From Stegostoma tigrinum (lineage: Eukaryota): a DNA stretch of 64,000 nt. The number at the start of each line of letters is the position of its first letter. Position 1 is the stretch's first letter. A program made the position numbers and the translations under genes. Under the pieces are notes generated by a model. That model did not search any database and had not been told where the DNA came from. It was given only the letters and a program-made list of their open reading frames with translations. Where the stretch lies: the NCBI RefSeq assembly GCF_030684315.1, contig NC_081385.1:21481247-21545246 (forward strand). The letters run 5' to 3'. Positions 39,990-51,900 of this stretch are shown piece by piece.

Positions 39990-40190
39990 TCAGGCGCCTC
40001 TTAGTCGCGCTCGCTCCACTTCGGACCTCACTTCCGCCCCGCTACAATCATCCGCGGGACTTACTTCCGCTTCGCAACATCCATTCTCAGAACGCACTTC
40101 CCCACGAGACCTACTTCCGCCCTATTGCCGCCATCCACTGAGCTCACTTCCACCCTTCTCGGGGTTCACTTCCGCCTTGCACACTTAGCC
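39990..40190 (-). promoter_or_regulatory. RBM7 CpG-rich promoter with a cluster of ETS/GABP-type motifs
   Basis: ACTTCCGC (GCGGAAGT on the minus strand) at 40030, 40063, 40113 and 40168, plus ACTTCC at 40096 and 40146, just upstream of the RBM7 ATG; CpG-rich. Confidence 0.75.
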
Positions 40191-42094
40191 TTCAGATCCT
40201 GTGGATGTCACGATTAAAATTTGATACGAATAACACGTCAGTGTTTTTTTTGTGACCCACCACGAAGGCACCTGCTCAAACCAACGTAATTTTCAAGGCC
40301 TGGTTCGAAATTTAGTTGCAAGGTCGAATACCAAATATTTGATACCAACCAGAAATCTAACAAACTAATGAAACCTTTGAAAGCCTTACAACTTAGGAAA
40401 TGAATATAATTCCTGAAGGAAAAATAAACAGCCTGTACCATCATTCTAAGCCAACCCGTGATATTATCACACCCTCTGGAGCGCGCTGGACTTGAACTCA
40501 GCCCCCTGATTCAGAGGCAGGGACATTACCACCGAGCCACAACAAACCTAAACAATCACAACTCCTGCCAAAATCCAAGCTTGCACCAGGGACCTTCTTA
40601 TCGTCAGTTTAAAGATTGCCCGAAAATATTTTAGCCAAGCTGATCTAACACTGAGATCACAACTGATCTGCTACGTACTGGTTGCCAAATTAAGCCTCGT
40701 AATTAATAAAAATCTGATTAAACTGATTAATAAAAATCTATCAATTTCAGATTTTAAATTAAGAATTGACAATTGCAGTTTGTTATCTCGACTTCAATTA
40801 TTGATTGTATGTACGAGTATTCCCTAATTTCAGTCCTGTGATGCTCTAATTTTATGCCTCCTTGTCCTGGGCTCATTTTACTTATCCTAAGCTCCTTAAG
40901 ATTGTATGAACATTGACCAAATTACTCTCGTACATTGAATGCATAATGGTTATGTTCCAGCCCTTGAACTCTAATTATTTTTGATTTCTTTCATGTATGT
41001 TGCTGCATTTTCTAATATTTTGGACTCTTCAGGAAACAAACAATCATTACAACTTTCTATTTTGGTCAGCACAGAGAAATTTAGGCCAAAGGGCCTGTGT
41101 CTATGCTGTAGACCCTATGATTCTATTCATTAACTTTATGGGACACTATTCCATTCCCAGCTGTGAAAAAAAACAAAGAAATTTACTTTTGAAAGTAATT
41201 CTCCAGTCAGAGATGAATTTTTAATCTTGACGTATTCACCATGGGATCATTGCAAGGCAGCAAGGGCAAAGACTGCGCAATTCTGAATTGCGCAAAGTAA
41301 CCAGGCTTTCGACAATCAATGATTCTCTTCCATTTCAGGTTAAGCTGGCGCACTTTAATTGAACATTCTCATCCTCCGAAGATTAATACAAAACCAATCC
41401 CATTCCTCTCAGATCACAGTGATATTATCTATGTATTCCCCTTTACCCCTCCCCCTCCAACAGATCAATCCTTTAATTTTTGGCGGCACAACCTCCCTCC
41501 TTTCAGAGTACTGCTCCCAGTTTCTCTCCTGTTCTGGAGTGTCTTCTACTTCTTCCAGTCATCGTTCCTCCAGTTTTTTCCCTATTCAGTTCTATTTACT
41601 TCTCCTATTCATTTTCCTGACATCACTCCTACTTGACTCATGCTTCTGCTTGAAATTATTCTGACAGCGGGTAGGAACGAAAGGCCGCAATCCAAAATAT
41701 TAGCTCTGTTTCTGTCTCCACAGCTACTGACAGGACCGCTCTGTATTTCCAGAATGTTGTGCTTACTTTTGCAATTTCAGCTGCAATGTATTGCAGGGGC
41801 TGGAACCTCTTCACACAGCAACAGACATGGATAGGAAAGGGGCTTGCAGAGTGGATTCATGAAGCACTGAACTACGAGGCAAACCTGAATGGTTCATATA
41901 CGGGTTATCTTATTATTAAATGGCACATTATGTTCCACTGTGGCCTAAATTCCAAGGGTTCTACCAAAAATGAGCCTGGGGCAGTCTCATGAAATGTGTG
42001 CATGTGCGACCTTAACATAAGTCTACCTGACAATTTAGCAAGCTGACAAAACATCACTTGAGCGCAGAGTAATGAGAAAAACTTAACAGGCTGT

Positions 42095-42390
42095 GGGAAC
42101 GGCACCGTCAACCAGTGGTTAGCACTACTGTCTCACAGCACCAGGGACCCGGATTCGATTCTAGCCTTGGGCAATTGTCCACGTGCAGTTTGTGCATTCT
42201 CCCGATTTCTGCGTGGGTTTCCTCCAGGTGGTCTGCTTTCCTCCCACGATCCAAAGATGTGCAAGTTAGGTGGACTGGCCATGCTGAATGTGGGTTTACC
42301 GGATTTGATAGCGTGTCCAAGCAGAATGCTCTTCAGAGGTTTGGTGTGAATGGCCTCGTTCCATACTGTAGGGTATCTATGATAAATTAA
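42095..42390 (+). mobile_element. HE1-type shark SINE
   Basis: agtggttagcact.ctg.ctcacagcaccagggacccgg.ttcgattc head; gggtttcctcc...ccaaagatgtgca.gttagg body. Confidence 0.8.
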
Positions 42391-43112
42391 ATAGTTGGGT
42401 GAAACAAAGGAGAGAATGTATGCCTTGTTATACTGACATAGACTGTGCAGAACCTCAGGTCCAGAATATTTCATTCCAGGAACAGACATTTTTCTTCCTC
42501 ATGGGCAAACAAAAAAAAAGCACATTCCTAGATCTGTAGAGATAATGTACAAATTTAGTAATACTTTCTCATCTTTAGTAATGATTCATTAAGAATCTAC
42601 ACACCTGGAATCCATCTTTGTACCTCCACAAGAAGGCAGCCAATGTACCAAAAAGGTCTATGCTGGACCATTTTACAATTCTCTTGTTAATCAAATAATT
42701 TGACCACAAACACACAAGATGGTCGCAGGCTAAGTCGTTCCATTTAGAGCTCCACTCTGGTTGCCAGTTCTCTTTTTCTCGTCCTTCTTGTTTTTATTTC
42801 CTCCCTCCTCTCTCAGTCTGTTATAATTTTATCCAACCCCAACCCCTTTGTACTTCCTACCTAAGGAGTTGGGAAGGAGTCGGGTTGCAACTGGGATCGA
42901 TGTGGCGGGAGGTGAGTGGGTGGATTGTGTCTTGCAGTGACAGCAGATCGAACATAGACGGAGTGATGGCACGGATCAAATGTGGACCAGCGAGAGCAGG
43001 CCAGTGAGGCATCAGTGGTAAGACCGGGTCAATGAGGCAGCCCAGAGCAGGATGCTGGCAGAGACATGCCAGGGTCTGGAAAGCCCCGAGTGGAACTGCG
43101 GCAGTGGAAAGG

Positions 43113-44985
43113 AAAGAACAAAGAAAATTATAGCACAGGAACAGGCCCTTAGGCCCTTTGGCCCTCCAAGCCTGCGCCGATCGAGATCCTCTGTCTAAGC
43201 CTATAATCTATGCTCCTGCCCATCCATGTACCTGTCCAGATACATCTTAAAAGACACTAACATGCCTACGTCTACCACCTTTGCTGGCAATGCGTTCCAG
43301 GCACCCACCACCCTCTGCATAAAGAACTTTCTACGCATAACTCCCATAAACATTCCTCCTCTCACTTTGAACTCATGACCCCTAGTAATTGAGTACCCCA
43401 TTCCGGGAAAAAACTTCTTGCTATCCACCTTGTCTATACCCCTCATGATTTTGTAGACCTCAAAACAGGTCCCCCCTCAATCTCTGTCTTTCTAATGAAA
43501 ATAATCCTGTCTATTCAACCTTTCATCATAGTTAGCACCCTCCAAACCAGGCAACATCCTGGTGAACCTCCTCTGCACCATCTCCAAAGCATCCACATCG
43601 TTTTGGTAATTTGGCGACCAGAACTGTACACAGTACTCCAAATGTGGCCGAACCAAAGTCTTATACAACCATAACATGACCTCTTGTACTCAATACCCCG
43701 CCCAATGAAGGAAAGCATGCCATATGCCTTCTTGACCACCCTATTGACCTGCGTTGCCACCTTCAGGGAACAATGGACCTGAACACCCAGATCTCTCTGG
43801 ACATCAATTTCCCCCAGGACTTTTCCATTTACTGTATAGTTTGGTCTTGAATTAGATCTTCCAAAATGCATCACCTCGCATTTGCCCGGATTGAACTCCA
43901 TCTGCCATTTATCTGCCCAACTCTCCAGTCTATCTATATTCTGCTGTAATTTCTGACAGTCCCCTTCAATATCTGCTACTCCACCAATCTTCGTGTCATC
44001 TGCAAACTTGCTAATCAGATCACCTATGCCTTCCTCCAAATCATTTACGTATATCACAAACAACTGTGGTCCCAGCACAGATCCCTGTGGAACACCACTC
44101 ATCACAGGTCTCCAATTTGAGAAACCCCTTCCACTGCTACCCTCTGTCTCCTGTTGCCTAGCCAGTTTTTTATCCATCTAGCTAGCACACCCCTGAACCC
44201 CATGTGACTTCACTTTCTCCATCAGCCTGCCACGGGGAACCTTATCAAACAGCTTACTGAAGTCCAAGTATATGACATCTACAGCCTTTCCCTCATCAAT
44301 CAACTTTGTCACATCCTCAAAGAATTCTATTAAGTTGGTAAGACATGACGTTCCCTGTACAAAACCACGTTGCCTATCACTGATAAGCCTATTTTCTTCT
44401 AAACGGGAATAGATCCTATCCCTCAGTATCTTCTCCAGCAGCTTCCCTACCACTGATGTCAGGCTCACAGGTCGATAACTACCTGGATTATCCTTGCTAC
44501 CTTTCTTAAACAAGGGGACAACATCAGCAATTCTCCAGTCCTCCGGGATCTCACCCGTGTTTAAGGATGCTGCAAAGATATCTATTAAGACCCCAACTAT
44601 TTCCTCTCTCACTTCCCTCAAATAACTTGGGATAGATCCCATCCAGACCTGAGGACTTGTTCACCTTAATGCCTTTTAGGATACCCAACACTTACTCTAG
44701 TTCATGTTGACATGAGGAGGGAGTAAGTAAACATATATCCCTAGCCTCAACATCTGTCATGTCCCTCTCCTTGGTGAATACCGTTGCAAAGTACCCGTTA
44801 AAAATGTCACCCATTTTCTTTGACTCAATGCATAAATTTCCCTCTTTGTCCTTAAGTCGGCCAATCCTTTCTCTAGTTACCCTCTTGCTCTTTATATATG
44901 AATAAAAGGCTTTGGGATTTTCCTTAACCATGTTTGCTAACAATATCTCATGTCCCCTCTTAGCCCTCTTAATTCGTCATTTCAG
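43113..44985 (-). mobile_element. Relatively young CR1 LINE, about 1.9 kb of ORF2 with frameshifts
   Basis: YRPVSLTSVVGKLLE, YLDFSKLFDKVP, GVPQGSVLGP, KFADDTK and LVRPHLEYC across adjacent ORFs. Confidence 0.92.
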
Positions 44986-46364
44986 AAAGTTGATGTGTTA
45001 ATGTTAAAGTTAAGTGAATGGTACCATGTATGTACAGCAAAGTAACACACTTTTCACTGTATTTTTACATTGAATATATGTGACAATAAATGATTCAATT
45101 AATCAATCAAGTGCAGAATCAATGTCCACAAGTACTAGCATACAATCTCAGCTGACTTTGATGCTTCAGTACTGACCTCCCCATGTATCAATCAATTACT
45201 GTATTTTCCCAAGAGAAGTCTGCAATGTTTTTGATGGTGCCTTGGATGATTTGTGATGATCACATTGATACTGCTTTGGTCTGGGACAACACCAATAGTA
45301 ATCTGCTTAGGGATCCAGCCGTCATCTCTGCGGGGACCTCAGCTGCCTTGCGGGAAGCATTGCAGAACTCTTACGGTACCTGTAACAGACTCAGAGTAAC
45401 GCATCAAATGGCTGGCAGTAAGAACAAAGGTCTACTCCAATTTGATTTTAATCTTCACCTAAGTGCCATGCTGTTTCGAGGCATGACCATGGAGTCAGCC
45501 AAACGGAAATCCAAGGATGCAAAGACAGTGGCATTCCTTGAGGGCACAATAGCAAGTTATGAGAATTTCTCCCAAATCTTACTAACAAATTCTTGAGAAA
45601 CAGAAAATCTTTAAGATCTTAGATACCTTCGAGTAAGTCAGCCTCCCCTATGAACACAATCTCAACATGACGCTGAATCACAGCTTACTTCCTTCATCTA
45701 GTAGATCTTCTGCTAGGCATACAATTCACAATTTTTGAAACACAGTCTGTGTGTTTCAGTGTTCCCATTGTCTGTGCTGAGACCCTAATTAACACCACTA
45801 CCTACAGAACTGAAAATATTCTCCCATTTTACAAATTCCATTGATTAAAGTCTTCTCCCATACAAAGTTCAATATTCTGTCTGGCCTCCTATTTAGCAAG
45901 TTCAGCTAGGTCCCAGTCACTCCAAAGTATCAAAATCAAGTCTACATCCTTATTTTCCATCCTTTCCCTTATCTTAACTGTGCAGCCTCTTTTCAAGCCA
46001 AGTAAATTCAATTTAGCTTAATCATGATTCTGCACCAACATCCAGTATCAGATAACATTTATTTCATCACTGCATTGCAGCTCTTTAAAATTTTCCTAAA
46101 TTATATCACATTATTGTCCCAATCACTATTGTTGAAAGGGGTCTCAAAAAACTCACTGATCTAACAAAAAATTTTGTCTTCTCTTGCTTTTCAAAGCCTG
46201 ACTTCAATACTGACCATTCAGTTTTCACATCTAATGAATATACACCCAAACAATGGTTTGGTATTTAAAAGGGTGGCTGACCTGATATGTTTGCGAGCAA
46301 TTTCCATTCGAAAAGTAGAATACTGCAAAGGCTTAAGGTCTATTGTAAAATCAAACTATCTGAA

Positions 46365-46950
46365 TTTCCCCTCTCAGTATTTTGCTTTCCTTCACTTGAT
46401 ATCTTGCTCTTCTATTTCACTCGGTAAGTTGCTCTCCCTCCTCACTTGGCATCTGGCTCTGCTTCATTCAGCTACTCTCTCCCTCCTTTGCTTCAGCATC
46501 TTGTTCACCTCCTTCACTCTGTGTCCCACCCTTTCACTTGGCAATTCAATCCCTCCTTCACTTGGTGCGTTGCTCCCTTTTACTCAGTGTCTCAATCTCT
46601 TCCTCCTTTCAATATCTCGTCCTTTTCCTTCACTCAGCATCTCAGTCTTACCCTCACTCTGTGTTCTATTCTCTCTATTCATTTGGCAACTACTTTTCCT
46701 CGTGGCTTGTTTCTCACACTTATCCTATTTATCTCGCTCTCCTTCAGTCAGCATCTCACTCCTTCCTTCACTCCTGTCTTACCTTCTTTTACCAGCTTAT
46801 TCAGTCTCTTTCACTCAGGATCTCATGTTCCACCTTGACTCAGTGTTTTGCACTCCTTCCCTTGACTTCTTGCTCTTTCACTTCACTCAGTATCTCACTT
46901 TGCCCTTCACTCAGCGATTTACTCTCCTTTACTTGACTTCTTCTGCTTTT
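46365..46950. repeat. Pyrimidine-rich degenerate tandem repeat block
   Basis: Units resembling TTCACTCAGCATCTCACTCTCC (about 22 nt). Confidence 0.8.
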
Positions 46951-47323
46951 CATCTTAACTCCATTTGTTTCATTTCCTTTTCACTTTCAAGCTATTTCAT
47001 ATTCTCTAGCTCTTTGTTTCACTTTGTCATTTGCCATTGTCTCTAATTCATGCTGCTTCACTTGCAATTCAGTTCTAGACATTTTCAATAATTCCCACTG
47101 CATTCTTGGCAATTGGAAATGCTGAACTCTTGCTACAATTATCTCACTTTTCTTCATGGACACAGACAACTCCAAGGTCAGCTTGCCTGCCATTACCAAA
47201 AGCTTTCCCTTACTCACCTTTTATAAACCAACCCACTGACTTCTTCCAGACTGAGGAACTCTTAGCCACTGAAAAAAAAAACCAGCATTACACAAGGCAC
47301 ACCCTATTTCAACCTACTGAATG

Positions 47324-48314
47324 TGTTACGAAGTTAGGTAGAGAAATTGTGAGGTGGAAGGCAGGAAGCTAAAATGTGTGGTTCATTTAAAGAGATTTGT
47401 GCTTTGATTGTAATGTATGTCTGTGAGCAGCAGCTGAAATTGCCAGTACAGGAAGCCTCAAAAAGTGAAACAAGTGTATCAAAAAAGCCTTACAGGTGGC
47501 AGCCAAAACAGCAGACTTGTTTTGTTGTTGTGACAATGAGCTTGAATTCAGCCAATTAATTTAAAACCAAACTCAGCGATTCAAAGCTAGTTGAATTTAA
47601 ATTTGATGGTGTTGACAACCTGAAATCAATCATATAAGAAATTGATTTTGTCATTACAGGTGTATAAGATGAGAACATTTGGATAAATCGGAGACAACGA
47701 ACTGCCATCTGAAAGAGAGAGAGACAACTGCCACCTGCCAGAGTCAGTACCATTCAGCTCTCAGAAAAAGCCCATTTACTGAGTCAAAGGCAACACGGTG
47801 TTTCAGATCCAAGTCCTCATTGAACAAATTATCAAAATAAAACATTCCTGACAGCAGAATTAGCGGAAGGAAGATGTTTGTGAAGAGAGCAGAGATGACA
47901 GAGGATTCCAGAAGACAGTCTGTGCAAGCTTGGAGAGATAAAGTTATAATTTACTGCTTCTTATTAATTGGGTTTTTACTCGTGGGAACTGTTTTTATTT
48001 AAACAGCATTCTAGTTGAATTTAGACAAGTTAGGGAGTAGTTAGTAGTCTAGGGGAATGGCAGTTTGTTATTAATTTTGTTAATTTGTTCATTGTTGGGT
48101 TAAATAAATAAAATGTTTCTTGTTACTTGTAAAGTGGAGATCAGGATTTTTTTTCTTCTGACCACACTTAAAAGAGATTATGAGGAGAAACGCGAGCTTC
48201 TCTAAGTGTTTAGAGGGTAATTATTAGAGGAAATCCACTATTCCTGTCATAACAGTTCGGGGCTTGTGCTTTATTTTAATTTTCAGAGGGGTTCAGCCAT
48301 TCCCTGTCATAACA
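47324..48314 (+). mobile_element. LTR-like element, same family as 37053-38027
   Basis: TGTTAC...ATAACA ends; shared block cagccaattaattt...gaatttaaat.tgatggtgtt.acaacct.aaatcaatc; shared 3' end tcagaggggttca. Confidence 0.7.
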
Positions 48315-48999
48315 AAACAATACCTGAGAAGTTAAAAGTGAACACCACGCTCACTCCTCACTGTCTTTCGGTCCTCTAATACTGAATCCAAAATGGTATC
48401 AGAAATTTCATTCTCAGACAAAACCCCAATTTTGTTATGAATCACGCACCCCCACCCCCACCCCAAAATATCGTCAGCAGCTCGGCCCGTCCCTAACGTA
48501 TATTTTTTTTAAAGGCTAGTGTAAGATGCTGTGTTTCAGATATAATTCCTTTGGCCCACCACTAGGCTTTAAGTAAAATGCACTTTATTCTTACAACCTG
48601 GTTAAAATACAAACGAAAATAAGAACTGGCACAACTATTGAAATACATAGCAAGGTAAAGTACTATTTAACCACTAATCCTCAACTGTTCCAATATCAGT
48701 AGCATCCCATAAACACACCCTTTAGCAGGAATGCATTCAGCAAAATAGTTCTGGGTTTCATGTGTTACAGAAACCTTCTTCCTAACTAATTGAAAGCCAG
48801 CCTAAAACTCTTTCTGGGTCTGTGTGAGCCCTGACCCTGCCCACTCATGCTTCTATTGTCATATTAGAAAAAACTCACTCAAGTAAAATCCAACATCTGT
48901 TTATCAATTGCCTGTGTGAAGGAGACAGACCACTGTGGCAACATCTCTCTGCATGAGAAACAGAACACACCTCTATTAAAGGCACAGTACTGTTATGTT

Positions 49000-51900
49000 C
49001 TACAACTCTTGGCGTCTCAATCTCACCCATTATTCAACGTTTCGCTATTTTCCTTCACACGGTATCTCCATCTCCTCTTGTTTCGCACTCTCAAGTCACT
49101 TGACAGCTCACTTTCCTTTTGACTGGTCTTGTCGATCTCTTCTTTTGCATGGTGTCTCGCTCTCCGTATTTCACTCTGTTCTTCACTTGGTATCTCGCTC
49201 TCTTTTACTCAGCATCTCACTCCCTCATTCACTCGGTATGTTGCTTTCCTTCAGTCAGCATCTCACTGTCCCCTTTCACTCGGCAATCTGCTCTCCTTCA
49301 TTTGATGTCTTGTTTTCCTATTTCACGTGGTATCTTGCTCTCCCTCGTCGCTCGGCATTTAGCTCTTCATTCGGCAACTATATCCCTCCTTTCCTTCGGC
49401 ATCCCACTCTCTTTCTTCACTCAGTGTCTCACTCTGCCTTTCACTCAGCATTTTGTTCTCCTCTGCTCAGTGTCTCCTTCTCCCTCTCCTTCAGCTGGCA
49501 TCTCATTTTCCTCTGGTCATGACATATTTCCTGTTTACTCAGCGTCACACATTCCCCCTTCACTTCCAACCTACTCTCCCTCTTGTGATCTTGCATAACC
49601 TTTTCACATGGCCTCTAATACTCCCTCTTTTCTCAACATCTCATTCTCCTCCTCACTCAGTGCCTAGCTCTCCTCCTTCACTGTGTCTCACTCTCTTATT
49701 CAACACCTCACTCTTCTCTTTCACTCGTTATCTTAATCCTGCCTTTATTCAGCATCTCACTGTCTCCATTCACTTGGCGACTCACTTTCCTCTTGACTTG
49801 TTCTTTCACTCTCCTTTGCTCAGCATCTCACTTGCCCCCAGACCTTTGCTCTCCTTCACGTCTCACTCCCTCTTCTCCTTTCATTCAACATCTCAATCTC
49901 CTCCTTCACTCAGTGTCTCACTCTATCCTTTCACTTGACATTTCATTCTCCTTCTCTCAGCAACTCAGTCCCTTCTTCACTCGGTCACTTGCTCTCCTTC
50001 AGTCAGTGACTCACTCCCTCCACTCGGTGTCTTGCTCTCCTTCAATCAGCAATTCAATCCCTCCTTCACTCGGTGTGTCACTGCCTTTTACTCAGTATCT
50101 CAATCTCCTCATTCTCTCAACATCTCACCTTCCTCTTTCACTCCGCATCACAGTCTTGCCTTCACTCAACGTCTTACGCTCTATTCATTTGGCAACTCAC
50201 TTTTCCTTTTGACTCGTCTCCTCACTCATCTTATTTATCTCGCTCTCCTTCACTTGGCATATCACTCCCTTTTTCACACCATGTCTCGCTTTTCTTCACA
50301 AAGCTATTCACTCCCCTTCACTCAGCATTTCACTTTCCACCTTCACTCAATGCTTTGCTCTGCCCTTTCACTTGGGTGTTTCAGTCTCCTCCTTTGCTTG
50401 ATGTCTCACTCTCCTTCAATCGGCATCTCATTTTCCCTTTCTCATGGCATCTTCCTCCCCCTGTTCACTCAGCGTCACTGCCTCTCTCCTCACGCAGCAT
50501 CACATTTCACCCCTCACTCATGGTCTTGCTCAACTTCTTCACTTGGCATCTCACTCTTCACCTTCACTTGAAGTCCTGCTATTCTCTTTCACTCGGTATC
50601 GCAAACTTCTTCTTTACTTGATGCCTCCCTCTCCTCCTCCACTCAGTTGTCTTAATCTTCCCTTCACTTGATGCCTCATTCCCTCTACTCACTTGAATGA
50701 TTCACTCTGCTCTTGATGCGTCTTCTCACTCTCCTTCGCATGGCATTTTGCTCTCCTTCACTCAGCATCTCACTTTCTCACTTCACTCAGCCTTTTGATC
50801 TCCTTTCACTTGATGCCTTGTTCTCCTACCTCACACGATATTTTGTTCTCTCTCTCTCTCTATACTCGTGTCTCACTTTCTGTCAACTGGCAACTCATTT
50901 TCCCCATCTCACGGCATCTTGCACTCCCTGTTCACTTAGCATCACTCTCTACCTTCACTCATGGTCTTGCTCAGCCTCTTCATTGGGCACCTCATACTTC
51001 TCCTTGAAAGATCTCACTCTCCCCCTTCACTTAAAGTCTTGCAATCCTCCTTCATTCGATATCACAATCTCCATTTCACTTGACATCTCGGTCTCTCTAT
51101 TCATTTTGCAACTCAGTTTCTTCTTGACTCATCTTCTCACTTCTTCGCATATCGTATCACTCTTCTGTGATGCCATGAGATGGGGAAAATGAGGTGCCAA
51201 TTGACATATAACTCTGCTTCACTCAGCATCTCACTCCATCCTTCATTCACATCTTGCCCCTCTTCGCTCAGTATCTCAATCTCCCTTTGACGTCTTGCCC
51301 TCTCTTCAATTAGCGACTCACATCCCTCTCAGCTCATCTTCTCATTCTTCTTCGCATGGTGTCTTGCCCTCCTTCATTCAGCATCTCAATCTCTTTCACA
51401 GGGCATCTCACTTTTCCCCCTCTACTCGACATTTTTCTCTCCCTCACTTGAAGCCTTATTCTGTTACGTTGCTTATTATCTCATTCTCCCTCTTGGTGTC
51501 TCGCTCTCCTTCAAGTGGCATCCCATTTTTCCCTTCTCATGGCATCTTGCTCTCCCTGCTCAGTCAGCATCACACTCCCCTTGACTCGCCACCTTACTCT
51601 CACCATTGAGTTGTCATCTTTCTCTACCTCATCTCATCAAATGTTTCATGTTCCTCCTTCTCTCAACATCTCAATTTGCTCCTTCACACAGCCTCACTCT
51701 CTCTCACTACACCATACCTCACTCTTCACCTTCCGTGTTTCACTTGACCACTTCAATCAGTGCCTTGTGCTCTCCTTCTCTCAACAAGTCATTCTCCTTC
51801 TTCAGTCAGAGCCTCACTTTCCCTTTTCACTTAGCACCCTCTTCTCCCTTTTACTATCTTCATTCAGCATCTCATTCTCCTTCACTCAGCCATTTACTTA

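Larger units (their letters stand above)
45600..48997 (-). mobile_element. Decayed Gypsy-type LTR retrotransposon (LTR about 48433-48997, degenerate PBS about 48410-48430, gag remnant 46990-47220), with nested insertions
   Basis: On the minus strand ...TCATAACA is followed by aaattggggtttttgtctgagaat, resembling the tRNA-Pro PBS TGGGGGCTCGTCCGGGAT; gag-like KLLVMAGKLTLEL...KKSEIIVARVQHFQL with a coiled-coil-like stretch. Confidence 0.55.

Noticed and set aside
42095-42170. tRNA gene-like A/B boxes (also about 2361, 17780-17845, 40480-40545, 62650-62727)
   Set aside because: These are SINE heads continuing into SINE bodies; no full cloverleaf.
45183-45596. 137-aa plus-strand ORF
   Set aside because: No recognisable homology or splice context; it adjoins decayed LTR-element sequence and is probably a chance ORF.
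37053-48314. The two LTR-like copies as ends of a single provirus
   Set aside because: RBM7 exons 1-2 and its promoter lie between them, the copies are diverged, and each is nested in a different element.
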